Assembly: GCA_900314985.1 (NCBI GenBank)
Contig: OMXL01000004.1
Coordinates: 7,502 to 71,501, forward strand
Direction: 5' to 3'
From: an uncultured Prevotellaceae bacterium
GTDB taxonomy: Bacteria > Bacteroidota > Bacteroidia > Bacteroidales > Bacteroidaceae
DNA length: 64,000 nt
Under the pieces are notes generated by a model that was given only the letters and a program-made list of their open reading frames with translations, had not been told where the DNA came from and did not search any database. Numbering within the stretch: position 1 is the first letter of the stretch; each line of letters opens with the position of its first letter. Position numbers and translations under genes: made by a program. Positions 8,723 through 18,210 of the stretch are shown in pieces.

Positions 8723-11638
8723 ATGTTTAGACGAGCAATCTTATGTACATTAGTGGCCTTACTATCAACCACTTTGTTTTCACAGTCCGTGAGCGACCTT
8801 GGTAATGGTAAGTACATGAATCCAGTTATCTTTGCAGACTTTCCTGACCCCGATGTCATTCGTGTCGGTGACACCTATTATATGGTTAGCACAACGATGG
8901 TCAACTTTCCTGGTGCCACCATCGTGAAATCGAAAGACTTGGTGAACTGGGAATATTGTGCACAACCGCTAAAGCAGCTGTCGACAAGTGATAACTACAG
9001 CCTGCAGAACGGCCAGAATGCCTATGCCAAAGGCATGTGGGCCTGCTCGATGAAATACCACAACGGAAAGTTCCATATTCTCATCAATGGCAATGACGCT
9101 GGCCCTTACATGCTGACAGCTACTGACCCTGAAGGCACTTGGGATAAGATTCAGTTGTCGCGCGGATACTATGATCCTGGTATGTTGTTTGACAATGGTA
9201 AGCTTTATGTGGCTTGTGGCATCAATCAAATACGGATGTGCGAACTCGACGAGCAGTTCAACTTCATACAGGAAAAGACCGTCGTCACACGCGAAGGTGC
9301 TGGTCTCGAAGGCTGTCACCTATACAAGATTGGAGAGTACTATTATATTTATGCAACTTACGGCGGATGGCCTAGCGGACAAGTTGTGTTTCGCTCGAAG
9401 AACATCTTCGGTCCCTATGAAGAGAAAATGCTGGTGGAGAAGTGGATCAATGGCGCTGCCAACACGATCCACCAGGGGGCACTTATTGACGTTGCTGATG
9501 AAAATGGAGAAATCACAGAATGGTGGACCATCATGCAACAAGACCTTGGCTGTCTGGGACGTATGCCCAACCTGCAACCAGTGACATGGGAGGACGGCTG
9601 GCCCATCGTCGCAAATAATGGTGTACCCTATACCACCTGTACTAAGCCCAATATCGTGGGGAGTACCCCATCAGTTCCCATGCCTACCAACGATGGATTC
9701 CGCACCTACCCACTCGGCATGCAGTGGCAGTGGAATCACAACCCCAACGACCAGACATGGAGCCTGTTTGAGCGTCCAGGATGGTTGCGTGTCAGAACGT
9801 CTGGAACGACGGATCGTCTGACTCAGGCCCGTAACATGCTGACACAGCGCATCTTTGCTTTCCACGGAAATCCCTCGAAGCAGTCGATTGGCACCATTCG
9901 TCTGGACGTCAGTCATTTGCAGGAGGGCGACCGTGCCGGTATCTGCATCCTGCAAGACCCCTACGCAGCCATTGCCGTAGAGGTAAAAGACGGTAAGAAA
10001 CAGTTGGTATGGTGGCAGGATCAGCTCTCTACCAACGATAATTTCTCACCATCGCAGAAGACAAAGACTATCGATATTGGCGATGTCATCTATCTGCGTG
10101 CCGGCATCACCTATGGCACCAGCAAGACGCAGTTCTACTATTCATTGGATAATAAGACCTTTACTAAGCTGGGCGGACAGACCGAGTTGAAATTCAACCT
10201 CTCCATATTCGTAGGTGCCCGTTTCGGTTTGTTCTGCTATAGCACCCGAACCAACAGCCCGGCAGGTTATGCTGACTTCGACTGGTTCACAACGGAAAGC
10301 AGCTTCGACGAGGATGAGTATTACGGTGGTCCCTTTGAGGGCTATAGCGATGCCCCCGTCGTTAAAGTCATCACCGTGAATGGCAAGACGCGTTCCTACT
10401 GGCTTCATGTTCCAAAGGATATTGAGACAGGTGCTCCGCTGGTTGTTGCCATGCATGGTGCCGGGGGCAGTAGCAACGACCAGAGCCCTCGCTTTAACGA
10501 GATAGCAGATGCTGAGAAGTTCATCGTTGCCTATCCGCAGGGTGAACCCATCTACTTCCCCGTCTTCGGAGGTACTGTCAATGGCTGGGATGCCACAGGC
10601 GGGTACAATGATGACGTGGCATTCATCAAGGCGATGGTCGAAGACGTGGCCCAGCAATACCACGTTGACCGTAACCGTATCTACGCCTGTGGATTCTCGA
10701 ATGGTGGTATGAACACCTATGCGCTGGCGAATACGTGCAGTGACATCTTTGCTGCCTGTGCCAGCATCAGTGGTTTCCCGCTTAATGAGTTCCATCTGCG
10801 TCATACTGGCAAGCGTCCTGTTCCCTTCCTGCATATCCACGGCAAGCAAGATAATTTCGTGAAGTATTCGCTGATGCCTACTATTGTTGACGAGATGGTG
10901 GCACGACTGGGCGCTAACCCCGTGCCTGTGAAGACCAGTGTCAGTGGTAAATACGACAAGAGTGTTTATGAGGCTATGGACGGTAGCTTCCCCTATGTCT
11001 ATTACGAAATTGATGGTATGGGACATAATGACTTTACTGTCAATACTGAGGACGGCAACTCGTCGCTGACTATGTGGAATTTCTTCAAGCAGTACACCCT
11101 TGATATGCCTTATGATGCCACCCTTCGCTGGCGTCCACGCATTGAAGAGGAAGGATTCGACCCAACGAGTCATGGTTGGACGATGAACAGAGTTACTACG
11201 TTATTGTCGTATGGTAATCAGAAAACGGATGATAATCAGAATGTCTATCACTCTTTACAGCTCACCAAAGGTAACTACGAGCTCAGCTTCTCTTCAGAGG
11301 GCGAGGCAGACAAGGCCATTACCGTCAAGATAAGCAAACAGCCTTCTGGTAATCTTGTATATACAGGTACCGCTACTACCAATGAGAATGTTACCATGCC
11401 CTTCAGCGTGGACGATGAATGGAGTGATTACAAGATTGTGTTTACACGTCAGAAAAAAGCGGATCAAATTTCCATCAAGAATATTGAGCTACGCATTGTT
11501 CCTGATGAGACTGGCATACGTAATATATACAGCAAGCCTGTCTGTGATAACCACTATTATAATCTCAATGGTCAGCGCGTGGCACAGCCTACTCACGGCC
11601 TGTACGTTGTTAATGGTCATAAAGTCGTGAAAAAGTAG
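8723..11638 (+). CDS. GH43 glycosidase + GH43 C-terminal beta-sandwich + PHB-depolymerase/LpqC-like esterase, Prevotella-type secretion C-terminus
   Basis: DFPDPDVIRVGDTYY, WAC, YDPG, EG.H (GH43); GFSNGG, HGKQD, GMGH (esterase); tail YNLNGQRVAQPTHGLYVVNGHKVVKK. Confidence 0.88.
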   Translation: MFRRAILCTLVALLSTTLFSQSVSDLGNGKYMNPVIFADFPDPDVIRVGDTYYMVSTTMVNFPGATIVKSKDLVNWEYCAQPLKQLSTSDNYSLQNGQNAYAKGMWACSMKYHNGKFHILINGNDAGPYMLTATDPEGTWDKIQLSRGYYDPGMLFDNGKLYVACGINQIRMCELDEQFNFIQEKTVVTREGAGLEGCHLYKIGEYYYIYATYGGWPSGQVVFRSKNIFGPYEEKMLVEKWINGAANTIHQGALIDVADENGEITEWWTIMQQDLGCLGRMPNLQPVTWEDGWPIVANNGVPYTTCTKPNIVGSTPSVPMPTNDGFRTYPLGMQWQWNHNPNDQTWSLFERPGWLRVRTSGTTDRLTQARNMLTQRIFAFHGNPSKQSIGTIRLDVSHLQEGDRAGICILQDPYAAIAVEVKDGKKQLVWWQDQLSTNDNFSPSQKTKTIDIGDVIYLRAGITYGTSKTQFYYSLDNKTFTKLGGQTELKFNLSIFVGARFGLFCYSTRTNSPAGYADFDWFTTESSFDEDEYYGGPFEGYSDAPVVKVITVNGKTRSYWLHVPKDIETGAPLVVAMHGAGGSSNDQSPRFNEIADAEKFIVAYPQGEPIYFPVFGGTVNGWDATGGYNDDVAFIKAMVEDVAQQYHVDRNRIYACGFSNGGMNTYALANTCSDIFAACASISGFPLNEFHLRHTGKRPVPFLHIHGKQDNFVKYSLMPTIVDEMVARLGANPVPVKTSVSGKYDKSVYEAMDGSFPYVYYEIDGMGHNDFTVNTEDGNSSLTMWNFFKQYTLDMPYDATLRWRPRIEEEGFDPTSHGWTMNRVTTLLSYGNQKTDDNQNVYHSLQLTKGNYELSFSSEGEADKAITVKISKQPSGNLVYTGTATTNENVTMPFSVDDEWSDYKIVFTRQKKADQISIKNIELRIVPDETGIRNIYSKPVCDNHYYNLNGQRVAQPTHGLYVVNGHKVVKK

Positions 11639-11651
11639 AATAAAAGCGGTC

Positions 11652-11718
11652 GTTCGCTGAAGAAAATGTGCTGTTCGCTGAAAGTGATGGGTCATTAATT
11701 AAACGATTTATATCTTTG
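11652..11718 (+). promoter_or_regulatory. Direct-repeat operator + -7 element
   Basis: GTTCGCTGAA at 11652-11661 and 11673-11682 (21-bp period); TATCTTTG at 11711-11718. Confidence 0.6.
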
Positions 11719-11775
11719 TTGCGTCTTAATAACAGAAAAGCGACAAACATGTATAACCCAATAAATAACAAACTT

Positions 11776-12261
11776 ATGAAAAAAATCGTTTTAATGATGG
11801 TAGCCCTCCTGTCAATGACAGCAGTACAGGCTCAAGAGAATGAAAAGAACAGTGAGCGACAGTTCCGTGGTCCAAGACAGATGACTCCCGAACAGATGAC
11901 TGAGCGCATGAGTGACAATCTGAAGTTGACTGATGAGCAAAAGACCAAAGTATTGGCGCTGAATAAGGAATATGAAAAGGTGATTGCTGGTCCAGGTATG
12001 CGTGCTCCTCGTCCTCGGAATACTGACGGAGAGTCGGGTGCTACCACCCAGCAGAACCAGCAGCGTCCGGAGCGTCCCCAGATGACCGATGCTCAGCGTG
12101 AAGAGATGAAGCAGCGTATGGAGAAGCGTAAGGAATATGAGGAGAAACTGAAAGAGATTCTTACTGAAGACCAGTATAAGAAGTATCAGGAGTCGCGTCC
12201 TGGACGTCGTGGATTCGGTGGTGGTCGTCCTGGAGGTCGTGGCCCTCGTCCACAGTTCTAA
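11776..12261 (+). CDS. Periplasmic LTxxQ-motif protein (DUF4890-like)
   Basis: Signal peptide MKKIVLMMVALLSMTAVQA; LKLTDEQK and ILTEDQYKKY motifs; Arg/Gly/Pro-rich tail. Confidence 0.7.
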   Translation: MKKIVLMMVALLSMTAVQAQENEKNSERQFRGPRQMTPEQMTERMSDNLKLTDEQKTKVLALNKEYEKVIAGPGMRAPRPRNTDGESGATTQQNQQRPERPQMTDAQREEMKQRMEKRKEYEEKLKEILTEDQYKKYQESRPGRRGFGGGRPGGRGPRPQF

Positions 12262-12279
12262 GCTAATCAATACAAGTAA

Positions 12280-12309
12280 GTAGGGCCTGTCCTCACGGAT
12301 AGGCCCTAC
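12280..12309. terminator. Hairpin between convergent genes
   Basis: GTAGGGCCTGTCC-TCAC-GGATAGGCCCTAC inverted repeat. Confidence 0.7.
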
Positions 12310-12350
12310 AACTTGGTTAATTAGCAAATTTTAATAGGTAGTAGTTTATC

Positions 12351-13448
12351 TTAATTCTCTCTATAGAAATCGAGCGCCTCTTTAATCTCCTCTTCTGTAG
12401 CTGTCTGATTGATGCGTATGTCGCCAATGCCAGCCAGTAGTGTGAAGTTGATAGCACTACCTTCGTTTTTCTTGTCGTGATGCATGAGCTCCAGCAGATG
12501 GGGGTAGTCATCACAGGTGATGGTCATCTTGCCGTAGTGTTCTTTGATATACTGTACCGTTTGACGCATCTTGTCGGTAGGGAAGCCTGTCTTCACGCAC
12601 GACAAGTAGAGCTCGACGACCAGACCGTAGGCTACGGCATAGCCGTGTAACAGAGGTGAGAGGTGAGAGGTGAGAGGTGAGCTCGCACGCTCCAGCGCTA
12701 GTGACTCAAAAGCGTGGCCTGCCGTATGGCCGAGGTTGAGCGCCTTGCGTAGTCCTTTCTCTGTGGGGTCTTCCGTGACGATGCGCTGCTTGACAGCAAC
12801 ACTCCGCTCAACAAGAGCGGATAGTCCCTCTAGATTGTCTAGGTGTTCTAGATTTCCAAGGATCTCTGCCCAGTGCTCTTCACAGTCGATGAGGCCATGC
12901 TTCAACATCTCTGCATAGCCAGAAAGGATGTTCTCCTGGTCGAGTGTCTTCAAGAACTCTGTATCTAAGATGACACAGTCTGCATTATTGAAGACGCCAA
13001 TTTCGTTCTTCAGTCCTCCGAAGTTGATACCAGTCTTACCACCAACAGAAGCGTCGACCATGGATAGCAGGGTCGTGGGTACATTAATAAAATGTATACC
13101 ACGCTTGAAGGTAGAAGCTGCAAAGCCTCCCAAATCAGTTACCATGCCACCACCCAGGTTAATCATCAGTGAGTGGCGTGTAGCTCCCATTCGCTGCAAC
13201 TCGCTCCATACATGACTTACTGCATCAAGCGTCTTGTGCTGATCGGTGGCACCGATAGTGATGACGCCAGGGGTGAGAGGTGAGGGGTGAGAGGTGAGAG
13301 CTGAAAGGTGAGAAGTCAGCACGGGCAGACAACATTTCTCCGTCGTTTCGTCGACAAGGACAAACAGACGGTCGTAGCTGCACTCGGTTAAAGTTTGATG
13401 GAGTGACTGCTCAAAATGCTGCGATATGACTACCTTTTGTTGGTTCAT
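12351..13448 (-). CDS. aroB: 3-dehydroquinate synthase
   Basis: GGGMVTDLGGF, RGI...VPTTLLSMVDASVGGKTGIN, LNLGHTAGHAFE, HGYAVA, HDKKN. Confidence 0.97.
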   Translation of the reverse strand: MNQQKVVISQHFEQSLHQTLTECSYDRLFVLVDETTEKCCLPVLTSHLSALTSHPSPLTPGVITIGATDQHKTLDAVSHVWSELQRMGATRHSLMINLGGGMVTDLGGFAASTFKRGIHFINVPTTLLSMVDASVGGKTGINFGGLKNEIGVFNNADCVILDTEFLKTLDQENILSGYAEMLKHGLIDCEEHWAEILGNLEHLDNLEGLSALVERSVAVKQRIVTEDPTEKGLRKALNLGHTAGHAFESLALERASSPLTSHLSPLLHGYAVAYGLVVELYLSCVKTGFPTDKMRQTVQYIKEHYGKMTITCDDYPHLLELMHHDKKNEGSAINFTLLAGIGDIRINQTATEEEIKEALDFYREN

Positions 13449-13596
13449 AACGGTTTACAGGGTGCAAAATTACAATAAATATGGCAAAGTCGTATGCAAA
13501 ATGAGGTATTATTGTTATTTTTACGTCATTTTTTCTTAGTTTTATTAAACTTTTCAACTTTTTGTGCGTCATAGAAAGCAAAACATCAATCATTAA

Positions 13597-16572
13597 ATGA
13601 CAATGAGAAAGCATCTATTCATTATTTTATTTTTATTGAGTAATCTGGTCGTGATGGCTCAGCGCCATGTGAGCGGAGTGGTAGTCGAGAGCGACACCCA
13701 GGAGCCTGTAGCACAGACCACCGTAAAACTGCTTCGCAGTGATTCTACACTGGTTACGGGTGGCTTGACTTCGTTAGAGGGTAAGTTCCGCGTGTCAGCA
13801 CCAAAGGCAGGCAAATACATCCTGCAAGTAACGTGTGTAGGTTTTAAACCATATACGAAACGTATTACTGTTACCGACGACAAAGATGTTGCCATGGGTA
13901 CGTTGGAGCTGAAGCCCGATGCTGTCATGCTGAAAGGTACCACGGTTACTGGTAATGCGTCGAAGGTGATAGTCAAGGCCGACACCTTTATATATAATGC
14001 TTCTGCCTACCGTACGCCAGAGGGTTCTGTCGTAGAGGAACTGGTAAAGCGTCTGCCTGGTGCTCAGGTTGATGACGACGGTAAGATTACCATCAACGGT
14101 AAAGAGGTAAAGAAGATTAAGGTGGATGGTAAGGAGTTTATGACAGGTGATACAAAGACCGCCATGAAGAACCTGCCAACAAACATTATTGAGCGCGTAA
14201 GAGCTTATGACCAGAAGAGCGACCTGGCTCGCGTCAGTGGTATTGACGATGGTGAGGAGGAAACCGTGCTCGACTTTGGTATCAAGACAGGTATGAATAA
14301 GGGTATCATGCTCAATGCCGACCTGGGAGCAGGTACCAAGGATCGTTATAGCAGCCGTATCTTCGGTGGTCTGATGAAGGATGACTTCAAGGCATTCCTC
14401 ATGACCAGTGCCAACAACGTGAATGATATGGGCTTTGGTGGCGGCGGTGGCCGTTTCGGTGGTGGCCGTCAGGGTCTGACAGCTACTAAGATGACGGGTT
14501 TGAACCTGAACTATGAGAAGACAGACCTGATTACCTTGGATGGTAGCATCCGTTGGAACCATAGTGACGGTGATGCTGTCAGCAAGACCTCCTCAGAGAA
14601 CTTTATGAGTTCAACGGTCAGTTCGTTCAGCAATCGTCTTAACAACAATCTGTCTCGCTCGAACAGTTGGAACGGTCAGTTCCGTCTGGAATGGACACCT
14701 GACTCGATGACCAATATCATGTTCCGTCCACAGTTTAACTACAACTCAAGTGACGGACTGACAGATGGTGGTAGTGCTACCTTCAGCCAGGACCCCTATA
14801 GCTTCAAGGGTATTACTGACCCATTGAATCAACTGGACAAATTAGCAGCTGAGGGCATCGTTAGAAATAGTAATATCAGTAACAGCCTGACTTACAGTGA
14901 TAATAAGAGCGTAGGTGGTTGGGGACAGTATAACCGAAAGCTTAACACCAGCGGACGTAACTTCACGGTGCGCTTGGGCGCTAACTACAGCGAGGGCTTG
15001 AGTAAGTCGTTCTCGAACGACAATGTGAAATACTATGGATCTACCGCTGATTTGGAGAACAACCGCTATGCTGTAACACCTACCAAGAACTGGGACTACA
15101 GCATCCGTCTGACCTATAGCGAGCCTATCATGCGTCGTACCTATCTGCAGTTCTCGTACCAGTATCAGTATAAGTATAGCAAGAGCGACCGTGGTACCTA
15201 CGACCTGAGTAATCATCCTGAGTGGGGCTTCATGAGCGTCATACCTTCTTATCGTAGCTTTGACGACTATCTGTCACGTATTAATGTTGGTACTTATGAA
15301 GATTACAAGTCTACCGATTTGAGTCGTTATTCTGAATACAAAAACTATATACATACAGCCGAGGTCATGCTGCGCGTGGTGCGTGATGCATACAACCTCA
15401 ATATCGGTGTACAGATGGTGCCCCAGAAGTCTGACTTCATTCAGGACTACAAGGGAGTACACTCTGATACGACCCGTACGGTTACCAACTTTTCTCCGAC
15501 AGCAGACTTCCGCTGGAAGATCTCGAATGTCAGCCAGATGCGTCTGACCTACCGTGCAAACACCAGTCAGCCTTCAATGAGCGACCTGCTTGACATTACT
15601 GACGACTCGAACCCGCTGAATATCCGTAAGGGTAATCCTGGTTTGAAGCCTTCGTTCACACAGAACATGCGCCTGCAGTACAATAACTACTGGCAGAGTC
15701 ACCAGCGTAGCTTGATGGCAAACCTGAACTTCTCGACGACTGCTAACAGCATCTCAAGTATGTTGACTTACGATGAGAAGACTGGTGTAAGAACGACCCG
15801 CCCAGAGAATATCAATGGCAACTGGAATGCCTTCGGTATGTTGATGTTCAATACCTCTATCGACTCTGCTGGCTACTTCAATGTCAATACCTTCACCACT
15901 CTGCGTTATGCACACAATGTAGGTTATGTAAGTCTTAACCAGATGACTTCGCAGGAGTCTGTGACACGCTCTACTACCTATGGCGAACGCTTGGCTGCCA
16001 GCTATCGCAACAGTTGGTTGGAATTCGAGTTGAACGGTTCGTTAGAGTACATACATGCTCGCAGTGAGCTGCAGGAGAACAATAACCTCGACACATGGAC
16101 CTTCTCCTATGGTGCCAGTCTGATGCTTACTGCTCCTTGGGGTACTCAGCTGTCGACGAGCATGAATATGAACAGCCGTCGTGGTTACAACGATGATGCC
16201 ATGAATACCAACGAGCTTATTTGGAATGCTCAACTGTCACAGTCGTTCCTGCGTGGTAATGCACTGACAGTATCATTGCAGTTCTATGATATCCTGCACG
16301 AGCAGTCTACCTTCAGCCGTACTATCGATGCGATGTCGCGTTCAGATGTCGAGTATAATGCTATTACCAATTACGCAATGCTACACGTTATCTATCGTCT
16401 GAACTTGTTCGGAGGTCTGGGTAATAACCGTCGTGGTCAGGGTGGTCCTGGCTTCGGAGGTCCTATGCCTGGCGGTGGCCGTGGCGGCCGTGGTGGTGGC
16501 TTCGGTGGACCTGGCGGTGGCTTCGGCGGTGGACGTCCTGCAGGTGGCTTCGGTGGCCCAGGCCGTTTCTAA
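13597..16572 (+). CDS. Outer-membrane beta-barrel / TonB-dependent-like receptor with N-terminal carboxypeptidase-regulatory-like domain and Gly-rich tail
   Basis: Signal peptide; DTFIYNASAY...VEELVKRLPG...DGKEF...KNLP plug-like motif; many amphipathic strands; GNPGLKPSF. Confidence 0.85.
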   Translation: MTMRKHLFIILFLLSNLVVMAQRHVSGVVVESDTQEPVAQTTVKLLRSDSTLVTGGLTSLEGKFRVSAPKAGKYILQVTCVGFKPYTKRITVTDDKDVAMGTLELKPDAVMLKGTTVTGNASKVIVKADTFIYNASAYRTPEGSVVEELVKRLPGAQVDDDGKITINGKEVKKIKVDGKEFMTGDTKTAMKNLPTNIIERVRAYDQKSDLARVSGIDDGEEETVLDFGIKTGMNKGIMLNADLGAGTKDRYSSRIFGGLMKDDFKAFLMTSANNVNDMGFGGGGGRFGGGRQGLTATKMTGLNLNYEKTDLITLDGSIRWNHSDGDAVSKTSSENFMSSTVSSFSNRLNNNLSRSNSWNGQFRLEWTPDSMTNIMFRPQFNYNSSDGLTDGGSATFSQDPYSFKGITDPLNQLDKLAAEGIVRNSNISNSLTYSDNKSVGGWGQYNRKLNTSGRNFTVRLGANYSEGLSKSFSNDNVKYYGSTADLENNRYAVTPTKNWDYSIRLTYSEPIMRRTYLQFSYQYQYKYSKSDRGTYDLSNHPEWGFMSVIPSYRSFDDYLSRINVGTYEDYKSTDLSRYSEYKNYIHTAEVMLRVVRDAYNLNIGVQMVPQKSDFIQDYKGVHSDTTRTVTNFSPTADFRWKISNVSQMRLTYRANTSQPSMSDLLDITDDSNPLNIRKGNPGLKPSFTQNMRLQYNNYWQSHQRSLMANLNFSTTANSISSMLTYDEKTGVRTTRPENINGNWNAFGMLMFNTSIDSAGYFNVNTFTTLRYAHNVGYVSLNQMTSQESVTRSTTYGERLAASYRNSWLEFELNGSLEYIHARSELQENNNLDTWTFSYGASLMLTAPWGTQLSTSMNMNSRRGYNDDAMNTNELIWNAQLSQSFLRGNALTVSLQFYDILHEQSTFSRTIDAMSRSDVEYNAITNYAMLHVIYRLNLFGGLGNNRRGQGGPGFGGPMPGGGRGGRGGGFGGPGGGFGGGRPAGGFGGPGRF

Positions 16573-16595
16573 GAAGATGTTTTAAAGTATATAAT

Positions 16596-16639
16596 AAAAA
16601 GACTGCGCTAACTCACATCGAGTAGCGCAGCCTTTTTTT
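16596..16639. terminator. Bidirectional intrinsic terminator
   Basis: AAAAA-GACTGCGCTA...TAGCGCAGCC-TTTTTTT between convergent genes. Confidence 0.85.
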
Positions 16640-16693
16640 ATGTTGAATGTTGAGGGTTGAATGTTCTATGTTTTAACTTTCAACTTTCCACTT

Positions 16694-18055
16694 TTATTGT
16701 TTATCCAGCTCTGCTAAGTTTGCAGCAATCATCTCGTCTGTAACAGTGTAGTTCTGCAGGTCGCCCTTGATGAAGGCCTCGTAGCTTGGCATATCAATCA
16801 GTCCGTGACCAGACAGGTTGAAGAGGATAACCTTCTCTTCGCCAGTCTCCTTGCACTTGTTAGCCTCACGGATGGTAGCGGCGATAGCGTGACAGCTCTC
16901 GGGAGCAGGGATGATGCCCTCGGTACGGGCAAACAGCATGCCAGCCTCGAAGGTTTCGAGCTGAGGAATATCTACACCATGCATCAGTCCATCCTTAATC
17001 AGCTGTGAGATGATCATACCAGCACCATGATAGCGCAGACCACCAGCGTGGATGTTAGAGGGTTTGAAGTTGTGACCCAGTGTGAACATGGGCAGCAGGG
17101 GAGTATAGCCAGCCTCGTCGCCAAAGTCATAGCGGAACTGACCGCGTGTCAGCTTAGGACAGCTATCAGGCTCAGCAGCGATGAACTCAGTATGGCGCTC
17201 ACCACTCAGGTTGTGACGCATGAAGGGGAACGAGATACCGCCGAAGTTAGAACCGCCACCGAAACAACCAATGACGATGTCAGGGTATTCGCCAGCCATC
17301 TGCATCTGCTTCTCAGCCTCCAGTCCGATAATAGTCTGGTGCAGACCTACGTGGTTGAGCACAGAGCCCAGCGTATATTTACAATTAGGTGTGGTGGTAG
17401 CCAGCTCTACAGCCTCAGAGATAGCAGTGCCTAATGAACCGGTATGCGTGGGATCCTTGGTCAGAATGTCCTTACCGGCACGTGTTGACATGGAAGGAGA
17501 ACCCTCAACCACAGCACCGAAGGTACGCATGATGCTTGAACGATAAGGTTTCTGCTGCATGGTAATCTTCACCTGATAAACAGCACAGTCAAGACCATAG
17601 ATCTTGGCAGCATAGCTCAGGGCTGCACCCCACTGACCGGCACCAGTCTCTGTGGTCACATTCTTCGTGCCTTCCTGCTTGGCATAGTAACACTGGGGCA
17701 GGGCAGAGTTGATCTTATGTGAACCCAGCGGGTTGGTCGACTCATTCTTGAAATAGATGTGGGCGGGAGTACCCAGCGCCTCCTCAAGGGCGTAGGCACG
17801 CACCAGCGGTGTTGAACGGTAATACTTGTACTTCTCCAGCACATCCTCAGGGATGTCTATCCAGCGATGCTCGGTGTCAAGCTCCTGCACACAGCATTCA
17901 CGGGGGAAGATGTGTGCCAAGTCATCAACGCCCAGAGGCTGCTTGGTAGCAGGATGGATGGGCGGCATGGGCTTGTTGGGCATGTCGGCCTGGATGTTGT
18001 ACCACTGTGTTGGAATCTCACTCTCTTGAAGGATAAATTTCTTCTGTTTTGCCAT
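16694..18055 (-). CDS. trpB2: TrpB-like PLP enzyme (type 2 tryptophan synthase beta)
   Basis: GSHKINSA, TTETGAGQWG, GGGSNFGG, GLRYHG, PAPES.HA, FNLSGHG. Confidence 0.93.
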   Translation of the reverse strand: MAKQKKFILQESEIPTQWYNIQADMPNKPMPPIHPATKQPLGVDDLAHIFPRECCVQELDTEHRWIDIPEDVLEKYKYYRSTPLVRAYALEEALGTPAHIYFKNESTNPLGSHKINSALPQCYYAKQEGTKNVTTETGAGQWGAALSYAAKIYGLDCAVYQVKITMQQKPYRSSIMRTFGAVVEGSPSMSTRAGKDILTKDPTHTGSLGTAISEAVELATTTPNCKYTLGSVLNHVGLHQTIIGLEAEKQMQMAGEYPDIVIGCFGGGSNFGGISFPFMRHNLSGERHTEFIAAEPDSCPKLTRGQFRYDFGDEAGYTPLLPMFTLGHNFKPSNIHAGGLRYHGAGMIISQLIKDGLMHGVDIPQLETFEAGMLFARTEGIIPAPESCHAIAATIREANKCKETGEEKVILFNLSGHGLIDMPSYEAFIKGDLQNYTVTDEMIAANLAELDKQ

Positions 18056-18210
18056 TGTTTATTGTTTGTTGGTTAGTGTTACCGCTTGCAAAAGTACTAA
18101 AATAAAGTGAAAAGTGAATAGTGAAGAGTGAAAAATTTGCTGCTGCCATTGAAAATTCTCAATTCTCCATTTCCAATTCTCAATTATATCCAGTACCTTT
18201 GCACCCAATT

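Noticed and set aside
10142-11173. 343-aa minus-strand ORF
   Set aside because: Antisense shadow of the GH43-esterase gene, with no motifs.
16430-16572. RGG-like Gly-rich tail on the beta-barrel protein as an RNA-binding module
   Set aside because: Gly/Pro/Arg-rich low-complexity tails are common in this group (also at 12200-12261); nothing here supports a specific function.
18121-18210. N-terminal extension MKSEKFAAA... of the symporter
   Set aside because: Translation of the repeat element, upstream of and overlapping the -7 promoter at 18194; the true start is more likely 18211 or 18217.
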